DNA of 64,000 nt from contig CAVVMW010000006.1 of the NCBI GenBank assembly GCA_963749495.1, positions 416,001-480,000 of the forward strand, read 5' to 3'. Position 1 is the stretch's first letter. Every line of letters starts with the position of its first letter. The notes under the pieces are model-generated. The model was not told the origin of the DNA, did no database searches, and saw only the letters and a list, made by a program, of their open reading frames with translations. The DNA comes from an uncultured bacterium (GTDB taxonomy: Bacteria > Verrucomicrobiota > Verrucomicrobiia > Limisphaerales > UBA8199). The position numbers were made by a program, and so were the translations under genes. Positions 61,549-64,000 of this stretch are shown piece by piece.

Positions 61549-63566
61549 TGGGCCTCCACGCGCTTGAGTTCGAGGGCCAGGTTCCAGTTGGCGGTCTGCC
61601 GGTTGACGCCCATCATGGCCGTGAAGCTGAGGCCCTCGCCACTCCGGCTCGACGAGTCGAAGAGGAGCTGGCCGTCCTTGGTGTATTTGCGCATGGCGGC
61701 CTCGAGTTGGATCAATTCCTTTTGTTGATCGGCGGGGGCGCTGCCATTGAGGCTCAGCCGCTTGCCCTCGTTGAAGTTGAAGCCATCGAGGGTCACGCTT
61801 TCAGGCAGCAGTTCGGCCACGGCCTTCCAGCAATCCAGGGCGGCATAAGTGAGTTCCTCGTGGACTTTGAGGACGCCGTAGCGGGCGCGGATCTGCAGGG
61901 CGTTGGTGTAGGCAGGGGCCAGTTCGGTGACGGCGTCCTCGACGCCGTGGGTGCGCATGAGGTTCACCTGGAGGGCCACCAGGTAAATGACCACGCCCAG
62001 GATGTAGATGGCCCCCACGGCGCCCAAACCGCCCATCCAGAGCCGGTCCGTGAACTGCTGCTGGTAGCGCGTGGCGTATTCGACCGGGAGCAAATTGGCC
62101 TGCGCCTCGGACTGCGTGGCGCGGGTGGCGGTCATGGCGGCCAGGTCCAGCGGCGGCACAGGCGCGCTCACCTCGATGGGCTGCTCCAGCCCCGCCCGCA
62201 GGATCGGTTCCCATTCGGCCGCCGCCGCCTCGTCGGCCACCAGGTGCCAGCGCGGCTTGGCGGTGAGCCAGCCTTCCATCTCCCCGGCCCAGGCGATCTG
62301 CAGCAACTGCTCCCTCAGCCCCTCGGCACGGTTGGTTGACGGCAGCGTTATGAATCCCAAGTTCTGCAGCGTCCCCCCATACCACCACGCCGCCAGGGCC
62401 GTGCTCACGGCGCCCGCAGCCGCATTCGGATAAATCCAGACCCCGTCCTCGCTCACCGGCGTGGCCTGCAACTGGTCCAGCGAAGGCATCTCCAGCCGGT
62501 CGGCCGCGAATCCCTGGCCCTCGAGCTGGCCCAGAAACTCCTCGACCACATTGCGCGCCGCGATCAGGACAATGATGGTCTGCTGGCTCTCGCGGACCTG
62601 CGGCAAGACGTAGATGCTCCAGGCGATCTGGTTGATCGGTATCGGGGAGAGCTTCTCCAACTGCAGCTCGACCATCGCGACCGTCTCGGTGTAATCGCTC
62701 ACCGGGAATTGGGCCACGCGCACAAAGACCTGGTTGGCCGGCAGCCAGGCTATATTGAGCTTGCGCTGGAAGAGCGAGCGCCAGTCCTTGGCAATGAGGC
62801 CGGGCAACGGTTGGCCGGGCGCAAGGGCTGCCTGGCGGTTCAAGGCGAAGCTGCTGCCGCGGGCGTTGAAGTGCCAGAGCTGGCGGCCTTGCGCCCCGAT
62901 CTGGAGCACGTTGCACGAGGCCACAGCGGCAGCCGAGGTCTTGCGCCGCGCCATCCGCACCGCCATCGAGGAGGGCGTGCCCGCCGGCACGACGCCCGCC
63001 TGCCTGGCTTTGAAATAGCGAACCAGGAGCAGGGCCCCGAGGATCGTGCCGAAGGTCAGGCCCGAGAGCATCGGATAAAAAGAGGGTTTGGCCTGCCATC
63101 GGCGCAGGGTCTCCAGGAGTTGGGAGCCGGTCTTGGCTTTGGCAGGGGCGGCGGCAGGGGCTGGGGCCGCGCCTTTGGCCACAAGGCTGCCCTTGAGGCC
63201 GGGGCGCGCCGTCAGCACGGGGGCGTTGGTCCCGGGACCGGCGTTCAAGCCTGGCCTTGCGCCTGGTTTGGCTCCCTGGGCGGAGCGCAGCCGGGCCGCC
63301 GCCGCTTCCGCGGCGGGGTTTGTGGCCGGGCCGGACCGAGGCGCCCCGCGGGCGGCGGCCTGAGCGGGCGTGGTTGGCGCGCCGGGTCTGGCGCGCGGCC
63401 CGAGCGCGGGGGCGTTGGTGCCGGCTGGGGCCTTGGTCCCGGACTGCGCCCCGCCATGAAAGACGCCGCCCAGCCAAAGGGCCAGGCCCACCAGCGCCGC
63501 CCCCGCCGCCATCAGCCCCAGTGTTCGTTGCGCGCTCTTCATGCCGGCAGAACTCCGTTTGCTCAC
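61545..63566 (-). CDS. GspL/PilM-PilN-like protein with a long Ala/Pro-rich N-terminal extension
   Basis: ELQLEKLSPIP, ANLLP..Y, TM, AELLPESVTL...LNGSAP; lies between gspE and the GspM-like gene. Confidence 0.65.
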   Translation of the reverse strand: MSKRSSAGMKSAQRTLGLMAAGAALVGLALWLGGVFHGGAQSGTKAPAGTNAPALGPRARPGAPTTPAQAAARGAPRSGPATNPAAEAAAARLRSAQGAKPGARPGLNAGPGTNAPVLTARPGLKGSLVAKGAAPAPAAAPAKAKTGSQLLETLRRWQAKPSFYPMLSGLTFGTILGALLLVRYFKARQAGVVPAGTPSSMAVRMARRKTSAAAVASCNVLQIGAQGRQLWHFNARGSSFALNRQAALAPGQPLPGLIAKDWRSLFQRKLNIAWLPANQVFVRVAQFPVSDYTETVAMVELQLEKLSPIPINQIAWSIYVLPQVRESQQTIIVLIAARNVVEEFLGQLEGQGFAADRLEMPSLDQLQATPVSEDGVWIYPNAAAGAVSTALAAWWYGGTLQNLGFITLPSTNRAEGLREQLLQIAWAGEMEGWLTAKPRWHLVADEAAAAEWEPILRAGLEQPIEVSAPVPPLDLAAMTATRATQSEAQANLLPVEYATRYQQQFTDRLWMGGLGAVGAIYILGVVIYLVALQVNLMRTHGVEDAVTELAPAYTNALQIRARYGVLKVHEELTYAALDCWKAVAELLPESVTLDGFNFNEGKRLSLNGSAPADQQKELIQLEAAMRKYTKDGQLLFDSSSRSGEGLSFTAMMGVNRQTANWNLALELKRVEAQ

Positions 63567-64000
63567 TCCGCTTTGGTGTCATCCATCAGCGCGTCGAGGT
63601 GCTCCTCGACTTGAGTGACGCGCAGGACCTCTTCGATGGTGGTCGAGGCGGAGCGGACCTTGTTCCAGCCGTCGGTGCGGAGAGTGCGCATGCCCAGTTC
63701 GATGGCCTTGGCGGCCATGGTCGAGGCGGGGGCGCGGCTGAGGATGAGGGGGCGGAGCTGCTCGTTGAGGATGAGCAGTTCATAGATGCCCATGCGCCCC
63801 TGGTAACCAAGTTGGCGGCACTCTTCGCACCCGGTCCCGTGCCAGAACTTGGCCGTCTGGATTTCGGCTTCCGGGAACCCGATGCGGCGCAGGTAATCGC
63901 GCTCGACCTTCTCCTCGGTCTTGCAGTGGGGGCAGATGGTGCGGACCAGGCGCTGGGCCATGACCGCCTCGACCGAGGAAGCGACCAGGAACGGCTCGAT
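63563..64000 (-). CDS. gspE: GspE/PilB secretion ATPase, C-terminal part; runs off the window edge
   Basis: AQRLVRTICPHC, GCEEC...GYQGRMGIYELL, GMRTLRTDG...TTIEEVLRV. Confidence 0.93.
   Translation of the reverse strand: MEPFLVASSVEAVMAQRLVRTICPHCKTEEKVERDYLRRIGFPEAEIQTAKFWHGTGCEECRQLGYQGRMGIYELLILNEQLRPLILSRAPASTMAAKAIELGMRTLRTDGWNKVRSASTTIEEVLRVTQVEEHLDALMDDTKAE

Overview
This is a GC-rich bacterial window. It is most likely from Verrucomicrobiota (Pedosphaerales/Limisphaerales-like), inferred from GloVer-type repeats, an ECF sigma + Ser/Thr kinase-WD40 module and LamG/Ig proteins. Housekeeping and metabolic genes: cdsA-dxr-rseP, a GlcF-like Fe-S protein, several glycoside hydrolases, RhaT, a TMTC-like TPR membrane protein and an epimerase-methyltransferase-GT2 trio. 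Signalling, secretion and accessory genes: two ECF sigma modules, a LysE + two ATP-grasp + GNAT cluster, a DUF4258/DUF2283-like pair, and the distal end of a type II secretion operon (gspE, L-like, M-like, gspD). Mobile DNA: two IS elements and many REP/MITE-like palindromes and heptamer arrays, several of them inserted in frame into genes. Main observations: (1) four unrelated secreted proteins end in the same ~60-70 aa C-terminal domain (W...[QE]...W...F[FY]R[LVI]), and one is encoded 21 bp after the secretin gene, suggesting a T2SS-linked C-terminal sorting signal; (2) an IS sits inside a REP, which sits inside an outer inverted-repeat shell, and other MITE-like shells carry REP cargo; (3) a candidate ECF promoter motif is repeated; (4) frameshifts cluster at GTAC and Asp->Asn changes at TCGA, pointing to methylation-linked long-read errors rather than real pseudogenes. 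No rRNA, tRNA or CRISPR array was recognised.
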